Shown in pieces: positions 29,301 to 48,865 of a DNA stretch of 64,000 nucleotides. Position numbers and translations under genes: made by a program. Each line of letters starts with the position of its first letter. The stretch's first letter is position 1. The notes under the pieces are model-generated. The model had not been told where the DNA came from. It saw only the letters and a program-made list of their open reading frames with translations, and searched no databases. The stretch comes from the human T2T-CHM13v2.0 reference genome, Homo sapiens. Location: the NCBI RefSeq assembly GCF_009914755.1, contig NC_060925.1, one strand, 5' to 3'.

Positions 29301-30908
29301 CAATTCACAGCCCATCCCTTGGCCTCAGTATTCCCATCTGTAAAGTGGCTCCTAAGGGACCGCACCACCGCCCAATGCCCTCTCTAAGAAACATGTCTCA
29401 TCATAAATGTCTCTGGGCCAAGAAGGATGGGCAGGGGCCGAGGAAAGTACCCTTGGTGGGTGCTGCTAATTACAGAAGACGATGGGCCCACTTAGCAAGG
29501 CTGCCAGAGAGTCCCTGGACACTACCATGATCAGAAAAAGTGTTTCTGGCCTCCTGTACCTAGCTTTTCCCTGCCCCCTCCCGGGTGCCCCTTGCCTTGC
29601 TGCCCAGGAGAGCTGGTACCCTGCCAGAGCCTCTCTGCCCTTTAAGGAATAAAGCCAGGTGGGAAGTCATGGCTGGAAAGTGGATCCAGGCCAAGTGGTT
29701 CACAGAGCCCCAGAAGGCCATAGTGGGTCAGAGCCAGGATCAGAGACCAGGCGGGCAGCACAAAGGGCTCACTCAGCGGGGAAAACTGGCGGGAAGAGAA
29801 TGGGACTGCTGGCACCCAGGTGGGGCCCTACCTCAGCCAGGGAGCTCCGTCCAGCTGCCAGCACGGTCCAGGGCTCCGGGACACCCTGGGGGCTCTGGGG
29901 TTGCAGCCAAGTCCTCAGGGGGCGATGTCAGCATGTCAGCATGGCCCCAGAGCCGAGCAAGGCAAGCTCCTGGGTATTGTGTGGGGCAGGGAGGGGGAGG
30001 TGAAGGAGGAGGGAACCTTGCAGAGAGAGGCAGGCGGCTGTCTCAACGTGCCTGCTCCCCGCCCCCCTTCCCCAGAACCGGTTTGGCTAGTCTGGGGTAC
30101 AAGAGGGGGGCTGGAACAATGGGAGTCCTATGCCCAAGTGAGGCTCTGAAGGACCCTACACCCAGGTCCTAAAGACGGGGGAGGCAGTGCTTCTGCTCCT
30201 AGGAGACAGGTCACCACTCTTCTGGAGCTTCCCAAACATGAGCATGCTCAGGGGACTTCTTGGAGCTGGGGAGCATCCTGGGAGCTTCACAGAGAGCCTC
30301 CCAAGCCCTGCACTCCTTAGGGACCCTGAGAACCCTGATGACCCTCTCTGATCCTATTACTACATCTATCAAATTGGAACACTCATCCCTATGATTGGGA
30401 GACAGAAATCAGTCCTGAAAGTTGATGATGTGACATGTGGCATCATCCTGGACAGCCTCTCCTCATCTAGTACAGCCACTGCTTGCAAATCCCCATCCTT
30501 TCCCACGGCCTGGAATGACCTGCCCCACCATCTCCAGTGGCCGCCTCCACCATGAAGCCTTCCCAGACTATACCAATTGAGCCCTCAATAAACCAAGCCA
30601 AATAGCCAAGTCAAACTGCCTCCAATAAGAAGGGCATGCTCTATGCCCGGCATGCAATCTTCCCAACCCTGTGGAATGGGAAGCTGCATTTTCCCCTAAT
30701 TCTACCTGCCATCTGTTTGAGCTACCAGCAATTGCCAGGCACCTAATATTAATATGCAGATGTGTACACAGACTAATAGTCATGAAGCTAACTTATTGTT
30801 CACCTACTAGGTGCCAGGCACTGTCCTGAGCACTTCACATGTATTTACTCATTTAATCTCCACCATGACCCTGTCAGGTAGATACTGCTACCACTTATCA
30901 GGTGAGTA

Positions 30909-31931
<1,023 letters not shown>

Positions 31932-32045
31932 TAACAAGTTAAGTCATGAGCATTATCCCTTTGAAATCTCTCATCAGTTCTATGAAGTCCCTATTTTACA
32001 GATGACATTAAGGTTTGAGAGATTAAATAACTTGTCACACAGCTA

Positions 32046-32528
<483 letters not shown>

Positions 32529-32666
32529 AACCCAGGTCTGTCTGACCCCACCACCAACCTGAGTCCTTCACCACTGCCTGGTACTGCCTCACCAGGCTTT
32601 TAGGAGGGTCTCGTGGTGAAAAGTGTGTGAAAGTGTAATCCGGGGTGTCTCGGCTGACCTAACTAA

Positions 32667-33071
<405 letters not shown>

Positions 33072-36000
33072 CCAAAGTATTTTCCTTAGCTGCCAACCGA
33101 CAGCCATTAAGTTCAGAGTCATTAGGGTCCCTCTGCTCCCCCATGTTCACTTTGGCTCCCTAGAGCATTGCCACATAGTGAGGAGACACTGCACCGTGTG
33201 GGTGGGGACCAGGTGGCCGTGGAGAGGTGGCAGTCTGGGACGCAGAGACAGGTTTATTGTCAGCATTGCACAGAGGCCAGGAGGCAAGAACACGGAAGGG
33301 TAGCAGTGCAGGTCTGGAGGTCTCCAGGGAACTCCAATCCTCTCATCCAACTCCCGGACCGGCCTTGGGACACTGCCCAGATGCGTAACTGGAAGCCAGA
33401 GGACCCCAATAGGAGGAGCATCCTGGGGAACCTAGGGTCCTGGAAGGGCAGCCCTGCCTCACTCGCCCCTGCGTCCTGGACGCCCCTGCGTCCCTTGTGC
33501 GGACATAGAGCACAGCTTGGTCAGGCTGAGCAGGCTGGCACTCCAGAGCAGAGCCCCCAACCCCAGCTTGCAGATAAAGTAGAAAAGGGGGCTTGGCGGG
33601 GGCGGAGCTTAATGATGGGCGGGAACAGGCGGAAACTACAGGGAGTCCAGCCAATCCCTCCAATGGATGAGGCCAAATAAGGGGGCGGGGCTAGAGAGTG
33701 CTGAACTAGAGAGGGCTGAGCTGAAGCTTGAGGGCAGGCCAAGGGGCGTGGTCATTATGGTCATTATGTTGCGGGTGGGGCCGGGGTCCGCCTGCCTTGC
33801 TGACTGAAACAGCGTCTCCCGGTTGTCTGCCACCGCCTGCTTGGCCAGGTAGCGCTCGCGCAGTTATCTTGGTAGCCAGGGCTGGCACATCGGGCACGAG
33901 CCGGTCGTTGGGGCACAGGAAGAAGAACACTACATTCTGGGGAGAAGGGGGCCAAAAAGAGAGAATGATTGCCTTAGCGATCTTAACTCATGGAGCGCTT
34001 ACCCTGCGCCAAACCCTAACCTGAAGGTTTTCCGGATATGAATTCATTTAATCCTCACAACAACTCTATGAGCTGGGGGTAATTTCTACTCCACAAGCGA
34101 AGAAACAGAAGCAGAAAGGGGTTGCCATTTGCCCAAAGACATAGAGGTATGATTCGAACCCCTTAACACTAGGAACCACGTCAGGGCAGGGCTTGTAAAA
34201 GAGCAAAGCTGGTGGGAGAGTGCTTCCTCTCGTTTCTCCTTTCTCTTGCCAAGAGATAATGTTATTATTATTTGTGATATTAATTCATTGAGCACCTACA
34301 ACATGCCAGGCACAGTGCAAATGCTTGACACCGAACCTTCATAACGACCCTATGAAGTAGATCCTATTATATAATATATCCCAATTTCCAGCCGGTCGGC
34401 GGCAGAGCCTGAACTTGGAACCAAGTCTGTCCAAGACAGATGGCTGAGCCTACCTCGAAGGCGATAATGAAACCCAGATGCACATGCACAGCCAGCAGCT
34501 TCCAGTAGAAGAGGGCGAGGTTCACCCCCACGTCGCGAGAGGCCTTGTATCTGGGTTGCGGGGTCTGGAGAGGCTCTCGGATCTCGACTCCGAACCCCGC
34601 ATTTCCTCCCCTCCTTCTCCCTAGAATCTGGCCCTGCCCGTTCAGCCAGTACCCTAGCCGGCTCCGCGCATTTGTCCGGGGCAGAATCAGCTCACTGCAC
34701 CCCAGCCAGGCACCACCCCACCCGTCCAGTTTCGGCTCCCGGCTTCCCAGCTAGGCCCCGCCCCTCCCTCCTCAGCACCTGCCCCTCCCAGACAGGCCCC
34801 GCCCACCAAAGCTTAGCACCCGCCCTCTCCCAGGCCGGCCTCCCTCACCAAGGCTCAGCGCCGTGCTTCCCAGACAGCCCTGCCCCTCCCGCCTCAGCGT
34901 CCCGCCAACCAAGGCTCAGCGCCACGCCCTTCCCAGGAAGGCCTCGCCCACCAAAGCTCAGGGCCCCGCCCCTCCCGCCGCGCCCCTCCTCCCCAGCCTG
35001 AAGGGCAGAGTGTGTTTGCTCTGGGCCAGGTGGGCATGGGGCGCGGGTGCCCGCGTGAAATTCACAAATCCGTGCAGCTGGGTGTGGTGTTCGTACTGTT
35101 ACGGGATATGCGGCAGAAGTCCGAGATGAAGGCGAGACGAAAGCCTGCAGAGCCAGAGGGCCTTCAGGGCCCAACCCCCTAACTCACCCCAACTCGGATC
35201 CAGACCCCCTCCCGTGGCAGGATGAGCCTTTGGCCCGGGATCCTAGCCTCCTCTCCCCTATTTCCCAAACTCTGACCCGGATTTCCTTCTCCAGCCCTGT
35301 ATTTCCCTATTCCTGAACCCCCTTCCCCAGTCTCTGAGCTCCATCTCCCCCGCCCCCTGCCCCTGTATTCCCTTCATCTACCTCACTCCCATTCACGGTG
35401 ACCTCAAGGTGTACCATGGCCTCCAGCAGGAGCAGTCAGATCCAGATGTCCAGCCGCGCCCAGCCATTGGTCGCTGGTACTTGCACAGGAACTTGTGGGC
35501 GTCCAGTCCAATCTCTACCCGGTTGTTGAGCAGAGTGAACAGGGGTGCCAGCAGGAAGGCTCCCACAAAGATGGTGATGAACCCAAACTGCAGCTCTGGC
35601 AGGCAGGGAGTGTCAGGCCCGGGGCCACCTCCCCTGTTGTGCCAGGCCCCCAGGGGCCCCACTCATGCCCAGGGCACACGCTGCTGAGCGACTGCTCCTC
35701 CATCCCTGGGTATTCATCAAACAGGCCCTGACACTTGATGAGCTCATAGTCCTTCCTTCTCCCAGTGCTGCAGCTCCTGCCCGATCTGGGTGTCCCTCTG
35801 CCCTGCCAGCTGCCACTTCTGCCACCAAGCCTTCCGTTTCCTGGAGGCAGGGCAACCAGATAATGGTCATAACAGGGCCTTGTGCTAGGAACTGCCACTT
35901 CTATCACCAGCACCCCTTAGAGGCAGGCACCATGATGATTTCCACTGTATTGATGAGGAAACACACCTGGAGAATTTGGCCCAGGCTCCCCAAATTGTAA

Positions 36001-37851
36001 GTGGTGGAGCCAGTGTTCAAATCCAATCTGTTAGACTCGAGTCCAGTGCTCTCAACTCTGCACTTCCCACATAGTCATTCTTGGTCTCTGAAATATCACT
36101 GCCCCCTGAAAAAAATAGTAATAGAAAGCCCTCCATTTGCAAAGCTGTTTCCTGTTGAACGCCTCATAATCCCCTCAACTCTCATGGAGAGGTATTATTG
36201 TCTCCATTGTACAGATGACGAAACTGAGGCCCAGAGAGACACAAAGCCACGCAGCTTACAAGAAGCAGGGCTAGGACTTGTGCCCGTATCTTCTGTCCCA
36301 GTAAAGGGTTTTTCTGCTCTGCTCTTATAAAAGCCCTCCAAATGGCCTGATTAGGCCCAGCCTTGTCCCCCGTTCTTCCCCCAACACTCACAGCCCAACA
36401 AATTCTTCCATGTGGTTGAGCAGCTGTTTGCCCACCATGATGATGATGAGCTGCTGGGTGACCTGAATGTGGCAGCCACCAGGACCGCACTGTTGTTGGC
36501 AGACACAGAGCACCTTACTCAGGGCTTTGGGGCTGCATAGGGGTTACCCCACCTCCCTGCTGGTGCAGAGAGTTGGCCACCTGCTCCTCCTACCCACTTT
36601 GGAGGCCCCAGAGGCAGATCCTACCCCTGCCAGACCTGAGGTTGTGATGACTACCCCCTAACCCCCCAGAATCAGCAACCCAGGGGTACATAATCACATC
36701 CTCACTCGGCATGCTGAGCAAATGTGCCATACTGACCGGGGTATCCCACAAACCTGAGGGCCCCCTGCATCTGTGGGTAATTTGCTCTCCCTCTCTGGAG
36801 CCAGGCTGCAGCTAAACTCCATGCTGAGGCTGACCCCCTCTCCCCACTGCTCCTGGTCCTCTGGCCACCCCCTGAATTGACAGCTAACCCTGCTGACAGA
36901 GCTGATGGGAGGCCTTGCCTACCCTACTAGGCCCCAGAAGTCTGCTGGGACCATGGCCTGAATCTATGTACTGCTCAACCCATGATCAGCCAATGTGGCA
37001 TTTATGGCCCAGGAAGATGGGGTCATTGTGCTGGGGAGTGGGCTCTTTTGGTGACCATCCCTCCCATCCCATCAAATGACAATGGCAATTACACAATAAC
37101 AGCACCTCCTGAGAGTCCAGCATTTTATGACTCCTAACCAGATCTCATTAAAGACTCAATGCTTCTAGGAAAAAGGACCAGCTCTGATTCATTTCTGTGT
37201 CCCTAGCATCCAACCAAGGGTGCACAGCAGGAAGGCCCCCAAAAGATGGTGATAAACTCAAACTGCAGCATTGGGAGGTGGCATTGTCAGGCCTGGGGCC
37301 ACCCAGTGAGGGCTGTAGGACAGACTGAATGCAGGTGTTAGATTTTACAGCTGTGCAATGGTGTACCCATAAATTACAGTTGCTAAGACTTTCGCCCAGG
37401 GAAATCAAGAACCAGCTTCAAGGTCCATAGCAAGACCTGGCTAGGAACAAATCTGGAGCCCAAAGGGTGCTGCTGCTTTGCTGGGCTGCTTCCTTGGGAG
37501 GCGACAGCCCTAAGGCTGGGGTTTGGGGAGTGGTCCTTACCTGCCTTTGAAGAATGCCATGTAGAAGGGAGAAGAATAGAAATTGACAAACTGAAAATGA
37601 AAGTGAAGGCATTTTCATGGAGGCATCTCTGGACAAAGGGCAGAGCTGGTCAGAATTCTATTGGGCGCAAGGGGGCAGGCATAGCCCATCAGGTCAGCCC
37701 CTATGCTCCTGTCCTTAACCTACCAACCCCTAATGCCAGCCATGTGTCCCTGGCCACTCTCGCTTGAGGGTGACTGGAGACACCAGACTCCCAGTTCCCA
37801 GATGACACAAAGATAGCCTTGCAACACATTACCTGGTTTTAGAGGAAGAAC

Positions 37852-38003
37852 AGGCCAGGCACGGTGGCTCACACCTGTAATCCCAGCACTTTGGGAGGCT
37901 GAGATGGGTGGATCACTTGAGGTCAGGAGTTTGAGACCAGCCTGACCAACATGGTGAAACCCCATTTCTACTAAAAATACAAAAATTAGGCGGGTGTGGT
38001 GGG
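37852..38003 (+). mobile_element. 3'-truncated Alu (left arm and linker only)
   Basis: Stops just after the start of the right arm, with no tail. Confidence 0.85.
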
Positions 38004-38819
38004 CCATTACCGGGAGCCCATCCATTGGTGGGATGAAAAAAACCTGAAGATGCCCACATTAGGCCTGGAGCCTGGAACAGTGCTCTCACCCTCCATTGCC
38101 CCAAAGGACATTCGCTTGGGTCATGAGCACAGAGTTGCCAGTGTGGAACATTGCAATGCTGATGATGCCATGGTAAATTATGACAGATACCAGGAAAATC
38201 ATCACCACACAGAGCTGGGGGCCAGGAGAGAGGGCTGTCAGAGCTGGAGAGTGGACTGCCAGGGTTCCAGTGCACCCACCCTGGAGGAGCCAGTCCTTCC
38301 AGAGCAAAGGCCCAGTGTCCCCTCACCACAGTGAGGATGGCTGCAGAGCTGGTGAGTAGGTGGGAAAGGCAGCTGTGCGGTTGGAAGTAGGGCTCCTTCA
38401 AGCCTGTCACTGGGTTCTGGGTCATCTGCAGGGCCAGGGCAGCAAACTGTAGATGTGGGCACTCCTATCACAGGGGGCAACAGAAATGTGCATCCTAGGG
38501 CCAAGAGGCTGGTGCCATGATCCTAGGCTAGGGGAAGCCCCCCACCTTTTCCTGACTGCAGAGGGAGCTCTGGAAGTGCAGCAATGGGTTCTAATTCATT
38601 TTTGGTTTTGCAGGACCTTTTTCCCCAGGGCATGGTTAAAAGCATGTGGATGGATGGCTAGATGGATGGTGGGTAGACGGAGAAGTAAACAGCAAATGAG
38701 TGGACATGTGGAAAAGGGATAGATAGACAGATGAGTGAGCAGGCAGTAGGCCGACAAATGGGCAGGTAAACTAGGCAAGCAATCAGTAAATTTCTATAGT
38801 TTATTCACAAGTAAGTGAG

Positions 38820-39300
38820 TAGACAGGCAGGTGGGTGGAGGGATGGATGGATGGCCAGGTGGGTGAGCAGATAAAAGTCTAGTGGGATGGTTGATGGACA
38901 TGAGGATGGATGGATGGATGGATGGATGGATGATGGTTAGGTGAGTGAGCAGATGAAAGTCTGGTTGGATGGTTGATGGACATGAGGATGGATGGATAGA
39001 TGGATGGATGGATGAATGGGGGGATGGATGGATGAATGGAGGATAGACAGATAGCTAGGTGGGTGAGCGATGAAAGTCTGGTTGGATGGTTGAGGATTGA
39101 TGAATGGATGGATGAATGGAGGATGGCTGGATGATTAGGTGGGTGAGCAGATGAAAGTTTGGTGGGATGGCTGATGGACATGAGGATGGATGGATGGTTA
39201 GGTGGATGAGCAGATGAAAGTCTGTTTGAATGGTTGATGAACATGGGGATATTTGGATGAATGGATGAGTGGGATGGGTGCATGGATGGATAAATGGATA
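38820..39300. repeat. (GGAT)n-based compound tandem repeat
   Basis: Recurring gtgggtgagcagatgaaagtctggttggatggttgatggacatgaggat blocks separated by (ggat)n. Confidence 0.88.
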
Positions 39301-39600
39301 AATTTATTAGTTTAGTCAATAGCTATTAACCATGTACCACTCTGCAATAGATACTGAATATGCCATAGTGAACAAACTGGAGAAGATCCATGCCCTAATG
39401 AAGTTTACAAACTAGTTTGTGAGACAGGTTAAATGAATGAACAGAGACATATATATATGTCCTATGAAGGAAAACTTTTTCATGGATGGTCTGAAGAAAT
39501 GACACTTTAGCTATGACCCAAAAGGTGAAAAGGTGCTAAAGGGACAGTGGAGAGAAGCTTTCTGGGGAGGGAACAGTGGGTGCAAAGGCAGGGCCACTCT

Positions 39601-41009
<1,409 letters not shown>

Positions 41010-41552
41010 CAGGGCCACTCTTTAAAGTTACCTGAGTTATGTACTGCACTATCCAAAGGGTACCACTGACATTTACTTCGTTGCCTCAGTGTTCCCTTTC
41101 TGCTTTTTCAGTCCCCCAGCACCTGTTTAACCAATACCTTATATATTAAATTATCTCTGTTAAAATATCTTGTTTGGTTTTCTATCTTCCTATAACCCTG
41201 TTGAATGGATAAAGTGATGGATGGCTGGACAAATGGGTAGGCAGAAGATAGATTATTCACAGATTCACTCAACAAACATTTATGGAGCATCTTCTATGTG
41301 CTAGAGACTATTCTGGGCACTGGGGTACAGCAGCCAACATCACACATAAGGTCTCTGCTCTCATGGAGCTCACACGCCAGTGGGAGAAGACAGATAATAA
41401 ACAAACAAACCATAAAATACAGTGATGAATGCTGCAATTAAATTAAAACAGTGACAGGGCACCTCTCTGGATTAGTGATCAGGGAAGACCTCTCTAGGAA
41501 GGAGATATTTGAGACTTGAATGACAAGGAGTAGGCCACATAAGATCTGAAGG

Positions 41553-41931
<379 letters not shown>

Positions 41932-42543
41932 CTATTCAAGGATCTGGTGGAGCCAGTTGGGCAGAACTAGACACAGGCCAGATGGCACAGGGCCTTGCAG
42001 GCCACTGTGAGGGGTCTGGATAGTTTCCCAGGTACGTCTCAAATGAGACTGCCCTGGAAGGCTTTGAGGAAGGTAACACAGATGTCACTGTCCTGGCAGC
42101 TGAGAATGAATTAAGTGGGGCAAGGAGATCTGTTGCGAGGTCACTGCAGTGGTCCAGGAAAGAGGAAATGGTGACTTGGACTGGAGTGGGGAGAGCTGGG
42201 GTGTGGCAGAGGAGGTAGGGAGAAGCGAACAGACTTAGGATCAATGATAAGATGTTTGGATAGACAGGTAGGTAGCTGGATGGGTGGGTGGGTAGGTGGA
42301 ATGTTTTCTCCTTCTCTGTTCTTGGGAGGGTCTCTTTCCAAGGCCCGGCTTATTATATAAATACTCTCAGTGTTTCACCTCGCCAAGCCTGTATCATCCT
42401 GATGTCAGGGGAGGGTGGAAAGTGACCCAGGAAAAGTGTGAGGAGAAGCCAGATTTGGATCCCAGGATGTTGGACTCCAAAGTCTGACCTCTTCCCAGCA
42501 CACTTTAAGGCCTCTGAGAACTCTGGGAAGTGGGGTTGTGGCC

Positions 42544-42717
42544 TGGAGGGCTGAACTGGGCATCACCTCCTGGTCCTGGAAGTCGCTGCAGTCCCAGTGG
42601 TGGAGGGCTGAACTGGGCATCACCTCCTGGTCCTGGAAGTCGCTGCAGTCCCAGTGGTGGGGGGCTGAACTGGGCATTGCCTCCTGGTCCTGGAAGTCAC
42701 TGCAGTCCCAGTGGTGG
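42544..42717. repeat. 57-bp tandem repeat x3 across an ANO7L1 exon/intron boundary
   Basis: Units start at 42544, 42601 and 42658; minus-strand translation HHWDCSDFQDQE(V/A)MPSSA(L/P). Confidence 0.93.
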
Positions 42718-44099
42718 GCCAAGGTGGCACTCCCTGCTTCCAGTGCTCCAGGAAGGCCATGGCCCCAGAAGGACATGAAGATGCTGAAGAACACGGTTCC
42801 TGGGTGGTCAAAGAGGCAGCTCAGCTGTGAGGAGGGGAGAGAGGGCACAAGGTAGGGCCAGCATCCAGGCCCAGGTTGGGTCCAAAATACCTACCTGGTT
42901 TTTTTGCCCCTTTCCTTGGCTCACCTTGGCCATGGGGCAGATCCCAGAAATATTCCACGTGGCACAGGTATCACAGAGTGGCACCCCCACTGGCACAGAT
43001 CTCCTGTCTGTGAGCAGAGGGTGCCTATCCTGGGAGGGCCTATCCTCAACCAGGCAGACAACCTAGCCCACCCAGCCCATCCCCCAACCCTTCCACAGCC
43101 ACCCACACTAGTGTGTTGGTCCCCACGGTGACAAGGCTAGAGATAAAGAGCAGGGTGCCCACCAGGGTCACAGGCAGCAGACAGGCCATGTAGAAACCTG
43201 AAGGGTGAGAGAAAGCTCATGAACCCCCATCTCTGCACTCAAGCCCCACTCCCAGTCCCCACCCCAGCGCCAGACTCATCTAGCCAGGCAAAGTGGATGA
43301 CCACCTTCACCCCAAAGTACTCTCATACTTTGTCCAAAGGCTGGTCCAGGGGCTGGTACTTGTGCCAGTATCCCCAGCAAGCCCAGTATGGGTACAGCAA
43401 TTGGCAAGAGTTGAGATCTGAACCGGGTACCTGGTACCCAGGCAGTTCAAAGAGGCCCTAGGAGGACAAAAGGAGGGAGAGCTGCAGGGAGGTTTGAGAG
43501 TGCTCTCCGGATGCCCCAGCCACTGCTGCTATGCTGTCAGGCCTGGGAGAGATCTGAGCTTGGGACATCTCTTCCTCACGCAGTGGGAAGGCCGCAGTGT
43601 AGACTCCCTCTACCAGCAGGTGGGCGATGCCCATCTCTGTATGTTTCTTCTTCCTGGAGATTGTGCGGTCCAGGATTTCTGCCACTTGCCAGAGGAGTCC
43701 TCGTGTCAACTGCCCGCTTAAGGTCCCAGCTGGACTCACCCCAAGCAGCCATCTCACCACTCAGTGCATCCACATGTAAGAGAAGTAGGAGCCATGGGAA
43801 TCTCTGCCCAGGAATCTGTGAGAGGAACAGGGGTCAGAAGCCCAGCCCTCTGCCCGATCTGAAACCTAATACCAGTCCAGAGCCTCTCCGTTGGAGACAG
43901 GCAGGTGAGACATGCCAGCTGCCACTGCCAGAGAGCCCTTCTGGCCACAGAGCGCAGCCTGGGCTGGGTGTGCTCCAGTCAGGTGTGCATCAGAGCGGAT
44001 TGAACAGGTGGGAATCAGAGATGGTGGGCAGGGCTGGGGCCCCAGTTTGCGGAAAGGACAGGGTCAGAGACCTAAAGCGAGTGAGGCGGGAATTGCCTC

Positions 44100-45800
<1,701 letters not shown>

Positions 45801-46335
45801 GGGGTGAAGGTGAGGGGACAGGGCGCAGTTGCAGGTGCCAGAAGCTTCTCAATTGGCCCAGTTGGGCTGCCCCTCCCTCCCCGCACCCCTGACTAAATTT
45901 GAAGTGTAACAGTAGAGGCGCTCTCAGCGCGATCTGAGAGGCTTCTTCCTCCCCTCCACCTGCTCTCTGACCAGAACCGCCGCTGCTACTGTAATAACAA
46001 GGACGATGATAACAGCCAACATTTACTGGGCTCTTAACTTGGTGCCCGGCACACGCTAAACATTTCACATGCATTTACTTCTCACAACTCAAAGAAGTGG
46101 GTGCTGCTATCTCCATTTTACAGATGTGTCAGCTAAGCATAAGATAATTACAAAGAACATCCAAGGTCACACAGTTCCCCTTCAACCTCCTTCCCGACCA
46201 CCTGTAACTAGGCCTCAGTCCCACCCTTGCCTCTCAGGATCCACCCCTTCTTTGTAGAATATAGCTGAACACCAGCTCCCCTGCTTCTCCCCACCCACCA
46301 GAGGCGGAAGGGCCTACAACCCGCTCCTCCAGCCC

Positions 46336-46845
<510 letters not shown>

Positions 46846-48382
46846 AAGGGCATCAGCAAGAGGGCAACAGCAGAGCATTAAACCAGGTGTGGGGCTCCTT
46901 GGAGTTTGAGACCCTGTGTGACTGGACGGGTCACAGTCCCATGCCATCAGCCTGAACACGTGCATGTAAGAACACACTCTCCTCTCACTCACTCTCCACA
47001 GGGCTGCCCAGAGACCTCCCAGGAGGCACAGGCGTCGACTATTCAAAGCATTGTGGCTTCCAGTTCTGCACTGTGGTGATGGAGGTCCCGGGGGTGGCCT
47101 ACTAAATACTAAAGTGGCACCGGTGCTGCGCTGGGAGGAGCTGAGAAGGCAGCCCTGGATGGCTGGTGGAGGGGCTCTAAGCCCCAGCCCTGTTGCCCTC
47201 CCCACTTTGTCCTCACCCAGGGAGACACCTCTTGTTTGGGGTAAAGGTGGATGAAGGATCAATTCTATGACCAGAGCAGTGCCAGCCAGGAGAAGACTGC
47301 CCTGCCTCGCCGTGGGGGGGTCAGGTTATGCTCCAGAGCAGCTTTCTGGCTTTTGGCTGAGCTGGTGCCCAAGAGGGACAGGAAGCCTCCTTTCTGGGGG
47401 GTGGGGGTTTATGCCCAGAGATGACCGGCTGGGATGTGGGGTAGCTGGTGCCCAAACACAAATGCCTGTAGCTGGAGGCCCACAGTCAGGCCTGGGGCTG
47501 CCTTCAGGGCCCTTCCCCCAACTCCATTGCTGTCCACGTGAGCCAAGGTCTCCTGGAGTTAAGGACAGAGGGGGACGTGGACAGGCCCACCTGGAAGCAG
47601 GGCTGAGGGCTGCAGGAGTGGGAGCCGGCCTGCAGGCTCTGAGGTGGGGGTCCCGCCCAGGGACATTCCTTCTTGGGGTGTGGGATAAGTGCAGGGCCTG
47701 AGCTCTAAGCCTTAGTCAGGGGTGAGAAGGTGCTGGAATCAATTCTTCCTCTGGCCCAGACCCTGGAAGGGTTGACAAATGTAGGTGGCAGTACCCAGGG
47801 TGAATAGGCTGGCAGTGTGCATGGGCATGTGAGCAGTGTGCTTGGGCGCGGGCATCAGGACAGGTGAGTCTGGGCCTCCTGTGTGCCAGCCGGCAGGAGT
47901 GGAAAGTGCTTTCGTCCTAGCACAGGTGTGTGAGCACAGGTCATACTGTGTGAGTGGGGCCTGGTTACAGCTGCAGAGTTCTGAGAGTCAGCTGGCTTTG
48001 GGGACACTCTGCTTTGAGCCAGACGCACGCCAGGCCTCAGCCCAGGGGTTCATCTATGGGGCCCAGCAGGGGCTCATTGGAGGGGATCGTATAAAGGTCC
48101 CTTTCCCTGGGGACTTCCCCTCATCCTCCTTAGCCTACTTCCACCAGTCTCTGGCTTATGGGGCAGGGCCAAGACACAAGGCTGGGCCTACTCACTCCTC
48201 TCCCAGCTCCTGTCCTCAATGGCCTCCCACGGGGCAGAGCTGCCTCTCAGGCCAGCTCACGCCCTGACCCCCACTGGGATGGTCGTTGGCCCTGCATGGT
48301 GCTGCTTTCGGGTGCCCCTGGGCTGCCAAGACTCCTATCCTAAGCCTGGCCTGACAACTCCATGATCAAGAAAGGCATTGCA

Positions 48383-48865
<483 letters not shown>

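Noticed and set aside
29585-30172. 195-aa plus-strand ORF upstream of ARHGEF19
   Set aside because: It has a non-ATG start, G/P/A-rich composition and no domain signal, as expected by chance in GC-rich DNA.
38820-39300. Repeat-spacer-like pattern resembling a CRISPR array
   Set aside because: This is human DNA, the spacers are (GGAT)n rather than unique sequence, and there are no cas genes.
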